NCBI RefSeq assembly: GCF_058153355.1
Contig: NZ_CM177019.1
Strand: one strand, 5' to 3'
DNA length: 64,000 bases
Shown here piece by piece: positions 44,290-54,553 of the stretch. The notes beneath the pieces were generated by a model. The model was not told the DNA's origin. It was given only the letters and a program-made list of their open reading frames with translations, and made no database searches. The first letter of the stretch is position 1, and each line of letters starts with the position of its first letter. The position numbers were made by a program, and so were the translations under genes.

Positions 44290-44561
44290 TATTTTTCCTC
44301 GCCATACAACAGCGCGCCGACATCCGGCTCAACGTCAAACATGTTTTGTAAGGCGTCGAGGGTGTCGCGCGCTTCGGCTTCATTAATTACGCTCATGGCA
44401 AAGCCAACGTGAACCAGTACCCACTGGCCCACGCGTGGCTGACCGTTTTCATCGCAGCTGCCGACTAACGTTAGGTCGACGTCGCGCTGAATACCGCAGA
44501 CGTCGACTTTCGCCTGGTTGCCGTCAATGGTGCGGATCTGGCCGGGAACGCCTATGCACAT
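44289..44561 (-). CDS. hypC: hydrogenase maturation chaperone HypC
   Basis: 90 aa from MCIGVPGQI. Confidence 0.9.
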   Translation of the reverse strand: MCIGVPGQIRTIDGNQAKVDVCGIQRDVDLTLVGSCDENGQPRVGQWVLVHVGFAMSVINEAEARDTLDALQNMFDVEPDVGALLYGEEK

Positions 44562-45424
44562 CGCTGTGTCTCCAGCCAGTTCAGCCACTGGTCCATCCCT
44601 TCGCCGCTGGTGGCGGAAATAAGGATGATTTCAATTTCTGGATTGACTTCGCGGGCGCAGGCGATGCACTTCTCAACGTCGAAATTGAGATACGGTAGCA
44701 GGTCAACTTTGTTGAGCAGCATCAGTGAGGCGGCGGCAAACATATGTGGATATTTCAGCGGTTTGTCTTCACCTTCGGTAACGGAAAGCACCGCCACTTT
44801 GTGTTTTTCACCGAGATCGAAGCTCGCCGGACATACGAGGTTGCCAACGTTTTCGATAAACAGAATACCGTTATCGTCCAGTGGCAGGCGCGGCGCGGCG
44901 TCGGCGATCATCTGTGCGTCAAGATGGCAACCTTTACCGGTATTCACCTGAATCGCTGGCGTGCCGGTAGCGCGAATGCGCGCGGCATCGTTCACGGTTT
45001 GCTGGTCGCCTTCAATCACCGCACACGGAACGCTATCTTTCAGGCGCATTAAGGTTTCAGTCAGCAGCGTGGTTTTACCGGAACCAGGGCTGGAAACCAG
45101 GTTGAGTACCAACTGATTGCGGGCAGCAAAGCGCGCTCGGTTGCGTTCAGCCAGACGGTTGTTTTTGTCCAGCACGTCAATTTCGACTTCCAGCATCCGA
45201 CGCTGGCTCATGCCCGGCGCGTGAGTGCCCGCTTCGCCATGACCGTAATGCAGGTCGCCTTCTTCAGTCTGGCTGGGGGTAAATTCAGGCGCTTTAATGC
45301 CGGTGATTTTCATCTTCGGGCGTGCCGCCGGGGCAAATGGCGCGCTACGAAACGCGGAATGAGGGTTATGTTCATCACCCTCGATATACAGGTTGCCTTC
45401 ACCGCAACCGCATGTTGTACACAT
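44552..45424 (-). CDS. hypB: hydrogenase nickel-incorporation GTPase HypB
   Basis: 290 aa ORF; His-rich N-terminus and [10 protein letters not shown]-loop. Confidence 0.9.
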   Translation of the reverse strand: MCTTCGCGEGNLYIEGDEHNPHSAFRSAPFAPAARPKMKITGIKAPEFTPSQTEEGDLHYGHGEAGTHAPGMSQRRMLEVEIDVLDKNNRLAERNRARFAARNQLVLNLVSSPGSGKTTLLTETLMRLKDSVPCAVIEGDQQTVNDAARIRATGTPAIQVNTGKGCHLDAQMIADAAPRLPLDDNGILFIENVGNLVCPASFDLGEKHKVAVLSVTEGEDKPLKYPHMFAAASLMLLNKVDLLPYLNFDVEKCIACAREVNPEIEIILISATSGEGMDQWLNWLETQRCA

Positions 45425-45427
45425 CGC

Positions 45428-45778
45428 TCACTCCTGGTCTATTTCTATCCGCCGAATCTGTAAACCGTCGTCTGCCACAATTTGTAGCATGTCGCCATGA
45501 CACTGTGGACAGCGTCGGACGCGCTGGGTTAATAGCGTCACATATTGTTGGCATGTTTCGCACCAGCATTCGGCCTCTTGTTCTTCGAGGTGCAGTTTAC
45601 AACCTTCCGCTACGCTGCCGCGGCAAACCAGATCAAAACAAAAGGCAAGAGAGCTGGTTTCGACACAAGAAAATGCGCCAATTTTGAGCCAGACCCCAGT
45701 TACGCGTTTTGCACCGTGTTTTGCGGCCTGCTGTTCGATCAATTCCAGTGCCCGTTGGCAGAGGGTTATTTCGTGCAT
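45428..45778 (-). CDS. hypA: hydrogenase nickel-insertion protein HypA
   Basis: 116 aa from MHEITLCQRALELIE; CxxC...CPxC zinc motif. Confidence 0.9.
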   Translation of the reverse strand: MHEITLCQRALELIEQQAAKHGAKRVTGVWLKIGAFSCVETSSLAFCFDLVCRGSVAEGCKLHLEEQEAECWCETCQQYVTLLTQRVRRCPQCHGDMLQIVADDGLQIRRIEIDQE

Positions 45779-45809
45779 ATCGCCTCCCATTAACTATTGC
45801 CAGCTACAA

Positions 45810-45824
45810 GCAATAATTGTGCCA
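45810..45824 (-). promoter_or_regulatory. candidate sigma-54 promoter for hypA
   Basis: Minus-strand TGGCAC-aattat-TGC, about 30 bp upstream of hypA. Confidence 0.45.
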
Positions 45825-45850
45825 GTGTTGATTATCCCTAAAGTGAATAA

Positions 45851-45890
45851 TGTCGATGATGTCGAAATGACACGTCGACACGGCGACGAA
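45851..45890. promoter_or_regulatory. FhlA upstream activating sequence (UAS) in the hypA/hycA divergent region
   Basis: Repeated tgtcgaaatgaca-type motifs, also seen at 46501-46558. Confidence 0.45.
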
Positions 45891-45937
45891 ATTCACCAGA
45901 ATCCTAAAAATCTCTTTTATAACAATAAATTAAAAGT

Positions 45938-45953
45938 TGGCACAAAAAATGCT
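45938..45953 (+). promoter_or_regulatory. candidate sigma-54 promoter for the hyc operon
   Basis: TGGCAC-aaaaaa-TGCT with GG/GC spacing matching the -24/-12 consensus, about 40 bp upstream of hycA. Confidence 0.5.
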
Positions 45954-45989
45954 TAAAGCTGGCATCTCTGTTAAACGGGTAACCTGACA

Positions 45990-46451
45990 ATGACTATTTG
46001 GGAAATAAGCGAGAAAGCCGATTACATCGCACAGCGGCATCGTCGCCTACAGGACCAGTGGCATCTCTACTGCAATTCGCTGGTTCAGGGGATCACGTTA
46101 TCGAAAGCGCGCCTGCATCACGCCATGAGCTGTGCGCCAGACAAAGAACTCTGTTTCGTCCTTTTTGAACATTTTCGCATTTACGTCACCCTGGCGGATG
46201 GCTTTAACAGCCACACCATCGAGTATTACGTCGAAACGAAAGAGGGTGAAGAAAAACAGCGGATTGCGCAGGCACAATTGAGCATTGACGGAATGATAGA
46301 TGGCAAGGTCAACATCCGCGATCGCGAACAGGTACTGGAACACTATCTCGAAAAAATCGCTGGCGTTTACGACAGCTTATACACCGCCATTGAAAACAAT
46401 GTACCGGTGAATTTAAGCCAACTGGTAAAGGGACAAAGCCCGGCGGCATGA
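45990..46451 (+). CDS. hycA: formate hydrogenlyase regulatory protein HycA
   Basis: 153 aa ORF. Confidence 0.9.
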   Translation: MTIWEISEKADYIAQRHRRLQDQWHLYCNSLVQGITLSKARLHHAMSCAPDKELCFVLFEHFRIYVTLADGFNSHTIEYYVETKEGEEKQRIAQAQLSIDGMIDGKVNIRDREQVLEHYLEKIAGVYDSLYTAIENNVPVNLSQLVKGQSPAA

Positions 46452-46500
46452 GCTGAGGCTTTGCCCGTTTTGCAGGCGTTACGCCTGTTTGGGGATGGGC

Positions 46501-46558
46501 GTGTCGATGAGTGTCGAAAATGACATTTCATCGGCATGTTTTCGTCAAAAATGACAAT
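46501..46558. promoter_or_regulatory. second FhlA UAS-like motif cluster in the hycA-hycB intergenic region
   Basis: gtgtcgaaaatgaca and tcgtcaaaaatgaca repeats resembling those at 45851-45890. Confidence 0.4.
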
Positions 46559-46575
46559 CACCTGAGGAATGCCTG

Positions 46576-47098
46576 GTGAATCGTTTTGTAATTGCTGACT
46601 CCACGCTCTGTATCGGCTGCCACACCTGTGAGGCCGCCTGTTCAGAGACGCATCGCCAGCACGGCCTGCAATCAATGCCGCGCCTGCGAGTGATGCTAAA
46701 TGAAAAAGAATCTGCGCCGCAGCTCTGTCACCACTGTGAAGATGCACCCTGTGCGGTGGTCTGCCCGGTTAACGCTATCACCCGCGTTGATGGGGCAGTG
46801 CAGCTGAATGAAAGCCTGTGCGTAAGCTGCAAACTGTGCGGCACCGCCTGCTCCGGCGCGTGTCAGCACGTTGCTTGACTGGGTGCCGGGTATACGCGCG
46901 ATCGCCGTCAAATGTGACCTCTGTAGCTTTGATGAACAAGGTCCAGCCTGCGTGCGGATGTGCCCAACCAAAGCCCTGCATCTGGTGGATAACACCGATA
47001 TCGCCCGCGTCAGCAAGCGTAAGCGTGAGCTGACCTTTAACACGGACTTTGGCGATCTCACCTTGTTTCAGCAGGCTCAAAGTGGAGAGGCTAAATGA
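46576..47098 (+). pseudogene. hycB: hycB (formate hydrogenlyase 4Fe-4S subunit) disrupted by a frameshift, consistent with an internal deletion of about 89 bp
   Basis: N-terminal 100 aa frame (two complete Cx2Cx2Cx3CP clusters and the start of a third) stops at 46878; the C-terminal 75 aa (LLDWVPGIRAIAVKCDLCSFDEQGPACVRMCP...) continues in another frame; combined span 523 bp versus about 612 bp expected. Confidence 0.6.
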
Positions 47099-48921
47099 GC
47101 GCAATTTCCCTGATCAATAGCGGCGTGGCGTGGTTTGTTGCTGCCGCTGTTCTGGCATTTCTCTTTTCTTTTCAAAAGGCGTTAAGCGGCTGGATTGCCG
47201 GAATTGGCGGCGCGGTGGGTAGCCTGTATACGGCAGCCGCAGGCTTCACTGTGCTGACTGGCGCGGTTGGCGTGAGCGGCGCGTTGTCGCTGGTAAGCTA
47301 CAATGTGCAAATCTCTCCGCTTAATGCGATTTGGCTGATAACCCTCGGCCTGTGCGGTCTGTTTGTCAGCCTTTACAACATTGACTGGCATCGCCATGCG
47401 CAGGTGAAATGCAACGGTTTGCAAATCAATATGTTGATGGCTGCTGCCGTCTGTGCCGTCATTGCCAGCAATCTGGGCATGTTCGTAGTAATGGCAGAAA
47501 TCATGGCCCTGTGTGCGGTGTTCCTCACCAGCAACAGCAAAGAGGGCAAACTGTGGTTTGCGCTGGGGCGTCTTGGCACTTTGCTGCTGGCGATTGCTTG
47601 CTGGCTGCTGTGGCAACGTTACGGCACGCTGGATCTGCGCCTGCTGGATATGCGCATGCAACAGCTGCCGCTTGGTTCCGATATCTGGCTGCTCGGTGTG
47701 ATTGGTTTTGGCCTGCTGGCCGGGATTATCCCGCTGCACGGCTGGGTGCCACAGGCTCATGCTAACGCCTCTGCGCCAGCTGCCGCGCTGTTTTCCACGG
47801 TGGTGATGAAAATTGGCCTGCTGGGTATTTTAACCCTGTCTCTGCTGGGCGGTAATGCGCCGCTGTGGTGGGGAATTGCACTTCTGGTACTCGGCATGAT
47901 CACCGCGTTCGTCGGCGGTCTGTATGCGCTGATGGAGCACAACATTCAGCGTCTGCTGGCTTACCACACTCTGGAAAATATCGGCATCATCCTGCTGGGG
48001 CTGGGCGCTGGCGTAACGGGTATCGCGCTTGAACAACCGGCGCTGATTGCCCTTGGTCTGGTCGGTGGTCTGTACCATCTGCTTAACCATAGCCTGTTCA
48101 AGAGCGTACTGTTCCTCGGGGCTGGGAGCGTCTGGTTCCGTACCGGTCATCGCGATATTGAAAAACTCGGCGGTATTGGCAAAAAAATGCCGGTTATCTC
48201 CATCGCCATGTTGGTCGGTCTGATGGCAATGGCTGCGCTGCCACCGCTGAACGGTTTTGCCGGGGAATGGGTTATCTATCAATCCTTCTTCAAACTGAGC
48301 AATAGTGGCGCGTTTGTTGCTCGTCTTCTCGGGCCGCTGCTCGCCGTGGGGCTGGCAATTACCGGTGCGCTGGCAGTGATGTGTATGGCGAAAGTTTATG
48401 GCGTTACTTTCCTTGGCGCGCCGCGTACCAAAGAAGCCGAAAACGCCACCTGTGCGCCGCTCCTGATGAGCGTAAGCGTAGTGGCACTGGCGATTTGCTG
48501 CGTGATTGGCGGTGTTGCTGCGCCGTGGCTGCTGCCGATGTTGTCTGCTGCCGTACCTCTGCCGCTGGAGCCTGCTAATACAACCGTTTCTCAACCAATG
48601 ATCACGTTGCTGCTGATTGCCTGCCCACTTCTGCCATTCATCATTATGGCGATTTGCAAAGGCGACCGTCTGCCGTCGCGTTCCCGCGGCGCTGCCTGGG
48701 TATGTGGCTACGACCATGAAAAATCAATGGTGATTACCGCTCACGGTTTTGCCATGCCGGTGAAACAGGCATTTGCGCCAGTGCTGAAACTGCGCAAATG
48801 GCTGAATCCGGTGTCGCTGGTACCAGGCTGGCAGTGCGAGGGGAGTGCGTTGCTGTTTCGCCGGATGGCGCTGGTTGAACTGGCGGTGCTGGTGGTGATT
48901 ATTGTTTCACGAGGAGCCTGA
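47095..48921 (+). CDS. hycC: formate hydrogenlyase membrane subunit 3 (NuoL-like)
   Basis: 608 aa polytopic membrane ORF. Confidence 0.9.
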   Translation: MSAISLINSGVAWFVAAAVLAFLFSFQKALSGWIAGIGGAVGSLYTAAAGFTVLTGAVGVSGALSLVSYNVQISPLNAIWLITLGLCGLFVSLYNIDWHRHAQVKCNGLQINMLMAAAVCAVIASNLGMFVVMAEIMALCAVFLTSNSKEGKLWFALGRLGTLLLAIACWLLWQRYGTLDLRLLDMRMQQLPLGSDIWLLGVIGFGLLAGIIPLHGWVPQAHANASAPAAALFSTVVMKIGLLGILTLSLLGGNAPLWWGIALLVLGMITAFVGGLYALMEHNIQRLLAYHTLENIGIILLGLGAGVTGIALEQPALIALGLVGGLYHLLNHSLFKSVLFLGAGSVWFRTGHRDIEKLGGIGKKMPVISIAMLVGLMAMAALPPLNGFAGEWVIYQSFFKLSNSGAFVARLLGPLLAVGLAITGALAVMCMAKVYGVTFLGAPRTKEAENATCAPLLMSVSVVALAICCVIGGVAAPWLLPMLSAAVPLPLEPANTTVSQPMITLLLIACPLLPFIIMAICKGDRLPSRSRGAAWVCGYDHEKSMVITAHGFAMPVKQAFAPVLKLRKWLNPVSLVPGWQCEGSALLFRRMALVELAVLVVIIVSRGA

Positions 48922-48923
48922 GA

Positions 48924-49847
48924 ATGAGTGTTTTATATCCGTTAATTCAGGCGCTGGTGTTATTTGCCGTTGCGCCGCTGCTCTCCGGTATTACCCGCGT
49001 GGCGCGCGCCCGCTTGCATAACCGTCGCGGGCCGGGCGTGTTGCAGGAGTATCGCGACATTATCAAACTGCTGGGTCGTCAGAGCGTTGGTCCCGATGCC
49101 TCCGGCTGGGTGTTCCGCCTGACACCGTACGTAATGGTTGGCGTCATGTTGACTATCGCTACCGCGCTGCCGGTAGTGACTGTCGGTTCTCCGCTGCCGC
49201 AACTGGGGGATTTGATCACTTTACTGTATCTCTTCGCCATTGCGCGTTTCTTCTTTGCCATTTCTGGTCTGGATACCGGTAGTCCGTTTACTGCTATTGG
49301 CGCGAGCCGTGAAGCGATGCTGGGCGTGCTGGTTGAACCGATGCTGCTGCTTGGTCTGTGGGTCGCCGCGCAGGTGGCCGGTTCCACCAACATCAGCAAC
49401 ATCACCGACACCGTTTATCACTGGCCGCTGAGCCAGAGCATTCCGCTGGTGCTGGCGCTCTGTGCCTGCGCATTCGCCACCTTTATCGAAATGGGCAAAC
49501 TGCCGTTCGACCTGGCGGAAGCCGAGCAGGAGCTGCAGGAAGGTCCGCTCTCTGAGTACAGCGGCAGCGGCTTTGGCGTCATGAAATGGGGTATCAGCCT
49601 GAAACAGCTGGTGGTGTTACAGATGTTCGTCGGGGTGTTTATTCCGTGGGGACAAATGGAAACCTTCACTGCCGGTGGGCTGCTGCTGGCGCTGGTGATT
49701 GCCATCGTCAAACTGGTGGTCGGCGTACTGGTTATCGCGCTGTTCGAAAACAGCATGGCCCGTCTGCGTCTTGATATTACACCACGCATTACCTGGGCTG
49801 GTTTTGGCTTTGCATTTTTAGCGTTCGTCTCCTTGCTGGCGGCGTGA
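48924..49847 (+). CDS. hycD: formate hydrogenlyase membrane subunit 4 (NuoH-like)
   Basis: 307 aa membrane ORF. Confidence 0.9.
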   Translation: MSVLYPLIQALVLFAVAPLLSGITRVARARLHNRRGPGVLQEYRDIIKLLGRQSVGPDASGWVFRLTPYVMVGVMLTIATALPVVTVGSPLPQLGDLITLLYLFAIARFFFAISGLDTGSPFTAIGASREAMLGVLVEPMLLLGLWVAAQVAGSTNISNITDTVYHWPLSQSIPLVLALCACAFATFIEMGKLPFDLAEAEQELQEGPLSEYSGSGFGVMKWGISLKQLVVLQMFVGVFIPWGQMETFTAGGLLLALVIAIVKLVVGVLVIALFENSMARLRLDITPRITWAGFGFAFLAFVSLLAA

Positions 49848-49864
49848 TTAAAGAGAGTTTGAGC

Positions 49865-51574
49865 ATGTCTGAAGAAAAATTAGGTCAACATTATCTCGCC
49901 GCGCTGAATGAGGCATTTCCGGGCGTCGTGCTGGACCACGCCTGGCAGACCAAAGATCAGCTGACTGTCACCGTGAAGGTGAACTATCTGCCGGAAGTGG
50001 TGGAGTTCCTCTACTACAAGCAGGGGGGCTGGCTGTCGGTGCTGTTTGGTAACGACGAACGCAAACTGAATGGTCATTACGCCGTTTATTACGTGCTGTC
50101 GATGGAGAAGGGCACCAAGTGTTGGATTACGGTTCGCGTCGAAGTTGACGCCAACAAACCAGAATATCCGTCCGTGACGCCGCGCGTTCCGGCGGCGGTG
50201 TGGGGCGAGCGTGAAGTGCGCGATATGTACGGTTTGATTCCGGTAGGGCTTCCGGATGAACGCCGTCTGGTGCTGCCGGATGACTGGCCGGATGAACTCT
50301 ACCCTCTGCGTAAAGACAGCATGGATTATCGTCAACGTCCGGCACCAACTACTGATGCTGAAACCTACGAGTTCATCAACGAACTGGGCGATAAGAAAAA
50401 CAATGTCGTGCCGATTGGTCCGCTGCACGTCACTTCTGACGAACCGGGCCACTTCCGTCTGTTCGTTGATGGCGAAAACATTATCGACGCCGACTACTGC
50501 CTGTTCTATGTCCATCGCGGCATGGAAAAACTGGCGGAAACCCGCATGGGTTACAACGAAGTGACCTTCCTCTCTGACCGAGTTTGTGGGATCTGCGGCT
50601 TTGCCCACAGCACCGCTTACACCACATCGGTGGAAAACGCGATGGGTATTCAGGTGCCAGAACGTGCGCAGATGATCCGCGCCATTTTGCTGGAAGTGGA
50701 ACGCCTGCACTCGCATCTGCTCAACCTTGGCCTTGCCTGCCACTTTACTGGCTTTGACTCCGGTTTTATGCAGTTCTTCCGCGTGCGTGAAACCTCCATG
50801 AAAATGGCGGAGATCCTTACCGGTGCGCGTAAAACCTACGGCCTGAACCTGATCGGCGGGATTCGTCGCGATCTGCTGAAAGACGACATGATCCAGACCC
50901 GTCAACTGGCGCAACAAATGCGTCGTGAAGTACAGGAGCTGGTGGATGTGCTGCTGAGTACGCCAAACATGGAACAGCGCACTGTCGGCATTGGTCGTCT
51001 GGACCCGGAAATTGCCCGCGACTTCAGTAACGTCGGCCCGATGGTCCGCGCCAGTGGTCACGCCCGCGATACCCGCGCCGATCACCCGTTTGTTGGCTAT
51101 GGCTTACTGCCAATGGAAGTTCACAGTGAGCAGGGCTGCGATGTGATTTCCCGTCTGAAAGTGCGTATCAACGAAGTCTATACCGCGCTGAACATGATTG
51201 ACTACGGTCTGGATAACCTGCCGGGCGGCCCGCTGATGGTGGAAGGCTTTACCTACATTCCGCACCGTTTTGCGCTGGGCTTTGCCGAAGCGCCGCGTGG
51301 CGATGATATCCACTGGAGTATGACCGGCGACAACCAGAAGCTGTACCGCTGGCGCTGCCGTGCCGCGACCTACGCGAACTGGCCGACCCTGCGCTACATG
51401 CTGCGCGGCAACACCGTTTCTGATGCGCCGCTGATTATTGGTAGCCTGGACCCTTGCTACTCCTGTACCGACCGCATGACCGTGGTCGATGTGCGTAAGA
51501 AGAAGAGCAAAGTGGTGCCGTACAAAGAACTTGAGCGCTACAGCATTGAGCGTAAAAACTCGCCGCTGAAATAA
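49865..51574 (+). CDS. hycE: hydrogenase 3 large subunit
   Basis: 569 aa from MSEEKLGQHYL; N- and C-terminal Cys motifs; ORF-track start 49844 is an upstream extension. Confidence 0.9.
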   Translation: MSEEKLGQHYLAALNEAFPGVVLDHAWQTKDQLTVTVKVNYLPEVVEFLYYKQGGWLSVLFGNDERKLNGHYAVYYVLSMEKGTKCWITVRVEVDANKPEYPSVTPRVPAAVWGEREVRDMYGLIPVGLPDERRLVLPDDWPDELYPLRKDSMDYRQRPAPTTDAETYEFINELGDKKNNVVPIGPLHVTSDEPGHFRLFVDGENIIDADYCLFYVHRGMEKLAETRMGYNEVTFLSDRVCGICGFAHSTAYTTSVENAMGIQVPERAQMIRAILLEVERLHSHLLNLGLACHFTGFDSGFMQFFRVRETSMKMAEILTGARKTYGLNLIGGIRRDLLKDDMIQTRQLAQQMRREVQELVDVLLSTPNMEQRTVGIGRLDPEIARDFSNVGPMVRASGHARDTRADHPFVGYGLLPMEVHSEQGCDVISRLKVRINEVYTALNMIDYGLDNLPGGPLMVEGFTYIPHRFALGFAEAPRGDDIHWSMTGDNQKLYRWRCRAATYANWPTLRYMLRGNTVSDAPLIIGSLDPCYSCTDRMTVVDVRKKKSKVVPYKELERYSIERKNSPLK

Positions 51575-51583
51575 GGAATCGCC

Positions 51584-52126
51584 ATGTTTACCTTTATCAA
51601 AAAAGTCATCAAAACCGGCACGGCGACCTCGTCTTACCTGCTGGAGCCGATTGCGGTTGATAAAAACTTCCGTGGTAAGCCAGAGCAGAACCCGCAGCAG
51701 TGCATCGGCTGTGCAGCCTGCGTCAATGCCTGCCCGTCAAACGCCTTAACGGTTGAAACTGACCTCGCCACCGGTGAGCTGGCGTGGGAGTTCAATCTTG
51801 GACGCTGCATCTTCTGTGGACGCTGCGAAGAAGTCTGCCCGACGGCGGCGATCAAACTGTCGCAAGAGTACGAACTGGCGGTGTGGAAGAAAGAAGATTT
51901 CCTGCAACAGTCTCGCTTCGCGCTGTGCAACTGCCGCATCTGTAATCGTCCTTTCGCCGTCCAGAAAGAGATCGACTACGCCATTGCGCTGCTTAAGCAC
52001 AATGGTGACAGCCGTGCGGAAAACCACCGCGAAAGCTTTGAGACTTGCCCGGAATGTAAGCGCCAGAAATGCCTGGTGCCGTCCGACCGTATTGAACTGA
52101 CTCGCCATATGAAAGAGGCCATCTGA
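51584..52126 (+). CDS. hycF: formate hydrogenlyase iron-sulfur subunit
   Basis: 180 aa ORF with 4Fe-4S motifs. Confidence 0.9.
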   Translation: MFTFIKKVIKTGTATSSYLLEPIAVDKNFRGKPEQNPQQCIGCAACVNACPSNALTVETDLATGELAWEFNLGRCIFCGRCEEVCPTAAIKLSQEYELAVWKKEDFLQQSRFALCNCRICNRPFAVQKEIDYAIALLKHNGDSRAENHRESFETCPECKRQKCLVPSDRIELTRHMKEAI

Positions 52127-52893
52127 TGAGCAATTTATTAGGCCCCCGTGACGCCAACGGCATTCCGGTCCCGATGACGGTGGATGAATCCATCGCCAGT
52201 ATGAAGGCGTCGTTACTGAAAAAAATCAAACGTTCTGCCTACGTTTACCGCGTGGACTGCGGCGGCTGCAACGGCTGCGAAATTGAAATTTTCGCAACCT
52301 TATCGCCGCTGTTCGATGCAGAACGCTTCGGCATTAAAGTCGTTCCGTCTCCGCGTCATGCGGATATTTTACTGTTTACCGGCGCGGTCACCCGTGCAAT
52401 GCGATCCCCTGCGCTGCGTGCGTGGCAGTCCGCGCCGGACCCGAAAATCTGTATCTCCTACGGTGCCTGCGGTAACAGCGGCGGGATCTTCCACGATCTC
52501 TACTGCGTGTGGGGGGGGACGGATAAAATCGTCCCGGTGGATGTCTACATTCCGGGGTGCCCGCCAACGCCAGCCGCCACGCTGTACGGCTTTGCAATGG
52601 CGCTCGGCCTGCTGGAGCAGAAAATTCACGCCCGTGGGCCGGGTGAACTGGATGAACAACCGGCAGAGATCCTGCATGGCGATATGGTGCAGCCGCTGCG
52701 TGTAAAAGTAGATCGCGAAGCACGCCGCCTGGCGGGTTATCGTTACGGTCGCCAGATTGCCGATGATTTCCTGACGCAGTTAGGGCAGGGTGAAGAGCAG
52801 GTTGCACGCTGGCTGGAAGCGGAAAACGATCCGCGTCTGAACGAGATTGTCAGCCATCTGAATCATGTTGTTGAAGAGGCGCGTATTCGATGA
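52126..52893 (+). CDS. hycG: hydrogenase 3 small subunit
   Basis: 255 aa ORF. Confidence 0.9.
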   Translation: MSNLLGPRDANGIPVPMTVDESIASMKASLLKKIKRSAYVYRVDCGGCNGCEIEIFATLSPLFDAERFGIKVVPSPRHADILLFTGAVTRAMRSPALRAWQSAPDPKICISYGACGNSGGIFHDLYCVWGGTDKIVPVDVYIPGCPPTPAATLYGFAMALGLLEQKIHARGPGELDEQPAEILHGDMVQPLRVKVDREARRLAGYRYGRQIADDFLTQLGQGEEQVARWLEAENDPRLNEIVSHLNHVVEEARIR

Positions 52894-53300
52894 GTGAAAA
52901 GGTGGTGTTCAGTCAACTGAGCCGTAAATTTATTGATGAGAACGATGCTACGCCCGCCGAGGCGCAGCAGGTGGTCTATTACAGCCTGGCGATTGGTCAC
53001 CACCTTGGGGTTATCGATTGCCTGGAAGCCGCGCTCACCTGCCCGTGGGATGAATATCTGGCATGGATTGCCACTCTGGAGGCGGGCAGCGAAGCCCGCC
53101 GCAAAATGGAAGGCGTGCCAAAATATGGTGAGATCGTTATCGACATTAACCATGTGCCGATGCTGGCCAACGCATTCGATAAAGCCCGGGCAGCGCAAAC
53201 TTCGCAGCAGAAGGAATGGAGTACCATGCTGTTAAGTATGCTGCATGATATTTATCAGGAAAATGCCATCTATTTGATGGTGAGGAGACTGCGTGACTGA
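52890..53300 (+). CDS. hycH: formate hydrogenlyase maturation protein HycH
   Basis: 136 aa ORF. Confidence 0.85.
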   Translation: MSEKVVFSQLSRKFIDENDATPAEAQQVVYYSLAIGHHLGVIDCLEAALTCPWDEYLAWIATLEAGSEARRKMEGVPKYGEIVIDINHVPMLANAFDKARAAQTSQQKEWSTMLLSMLHDIYQENAIYLMVRRLRD

Positions 53301-53763
53301 CGTTTTACTCTGTGTTGGCAATAGCATGATGGGCGATGATGGCGCAGGTCCGCTGCTGGCGGAAAAGTGCGCCGCCGCGCCGAAAGGTAACTGGGTGGTG
53401 ATTGACGGCGGAAGCGCACCGGAAAATGACATTGTCGCCATCCGCGAACTGCGCCCGACGCGACTGCTGATTGTCGACGCTACGGATATGGGGCTAAACC
53501 CCGGCGAGATCCGCATCATCGACCCGGATGACATCGCTGAGATGTTTATGATGACTACCCATAACATGCCGCTGAACTACCTTATCGACCAGTTAAAAGA
53601 AGACATTGGCGAAGTGATTTTCCTCGGCATCCAGCCGGATATCGTCGGTTTTTACTACCCGATGACCCAGCCGATTAAAGATGCGGTAGAAACCGTTTAT
53701 CAACGACTTGAAGGCTGGGAAGGGAATGGTGGATTTGCGCAGTTAGCGGTGGAAGAAGAGTAG
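53293..53763 (+). CDS. hycI: hydrogenase 3 maturation endopeptidase
   Basis: 156 aa ORF. Confidence 0.9.
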   Translation: MTDVLLCVGNSMMGDDGAGPLLAEKCAAAPKGNWVVIDGGSAPENDIVAIRELRPTRLLIVDATDMGLNPGEIRIIDPDDIAEMFMMTTHNMPLNYLIDQLKEDIGEVIFLGIQPDIVGFYYPMTQPIKDAVETVYQRLEGWEGNGGFAQLAVEEE

Positions 53764-53805
53764 TTTTTCAGTAAGGAATTCAGGGAATTGAAAATCAGAA
53801 CAGGG

Positions 53806-54156
53806 ATGTGCGCTTTTTTATTTTGCTTAGTGCTTCCTACGCAGGCTACCAGCTTTACCGAATATCTGCCAATGAGTGACAGCGAATACGCGCAAAAGCG
53901 GGCGCTGAAACCTCTCCTGACTATGCCTTATTATACCGAGCAAACCTGGCATTTTAGAAAAGTGGGCGTTGCTGGCGTGACGCTTGAGAAGATGCCAAAT
54001 GAAGAGGATTACTGGCAATTAACTGCTAAAGACCGCGCCGGTAAATCCTGGAAGGTGCCTGTGGGTATGCTGGCAAATATGGCGGGCAAAGGGCAACTCT
54101 ATCGCGCCGATCTGGATCGTAACGGCATTCAGGATCTGGTTACCAAGTGCTGGTAA
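53806..54156 (+). CDS. hypothetical secreted protein (islet ORF 1)
   Basis: ORF 53788-54156 with signal-peptide-like N-terminus MCAFLFCLVLPTQA from ATG 53806; no recognised domain. Confidence 0.4.
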   Translation: MCAFLFCLVLPTQATSFTEYLPMSDSEYAQKRALKPLLTMPYYTEQTWHFRKVGVAGVTLEKMPNEEDYWQLTAKDRAGKSWKVPVGMLANMAGKGQLYRADLDRNGIQDLVTKCW

Positions 54157-54187
54157 TGGTCTGGCTCCTTATGCACATTTAATCCTT

Positions 54188-54553
54188 ATGACGTTCACGC
54201 GCGATGGTCGTCCCTGTGTCTTTGAACCCTGGGGATTCTACACCGCAAGCAAAACTGGCGTAGATGATTTGCTGGATTTGCAAGGCAATGGCCACACACA
54301 ATTGCTGGATATGCAGTTTAATTCTGGTTACTGGATAACCAGTCTGTATCAGGTAAAAGACGCCAAATGGCAACGTGTTCACGGCTGGTTTGGCAAGTTA
54401 AGCTATCCCGCGCTCACGCGTTTTACTTATACCCCCAACCGTAAACTCGTCCTCAAACCCATTGCCGGGCGTGACCCGCAAACGGAAGATTTAGCGCTGA
54501 CGCAGCGTTGTTTGATAACAGGGGATGTGCTTGATGGGGTGAATCAGAACTGA
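54188..54553 (+). CDS. hypothetical protein (islet ORF 2); possibly the C-terminal part of a frameshifted gene with ORF 1
   Basis: 121 aa ORF; its frame is open upstream to 54023, overlapping ORF 1 in another frame. Confidence 0.35.
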   Translation: MTFTRDGRPCVFEPWGFYTASKTGVDDLLDLQGNGHTQLLDMQFNSGYWITSLYQVKDAKWQRVHGWFGKLSYPALTRFTYTPNRKLVLKPIAGRDPQTEDLALTQRCLITGDVLDGVNQN

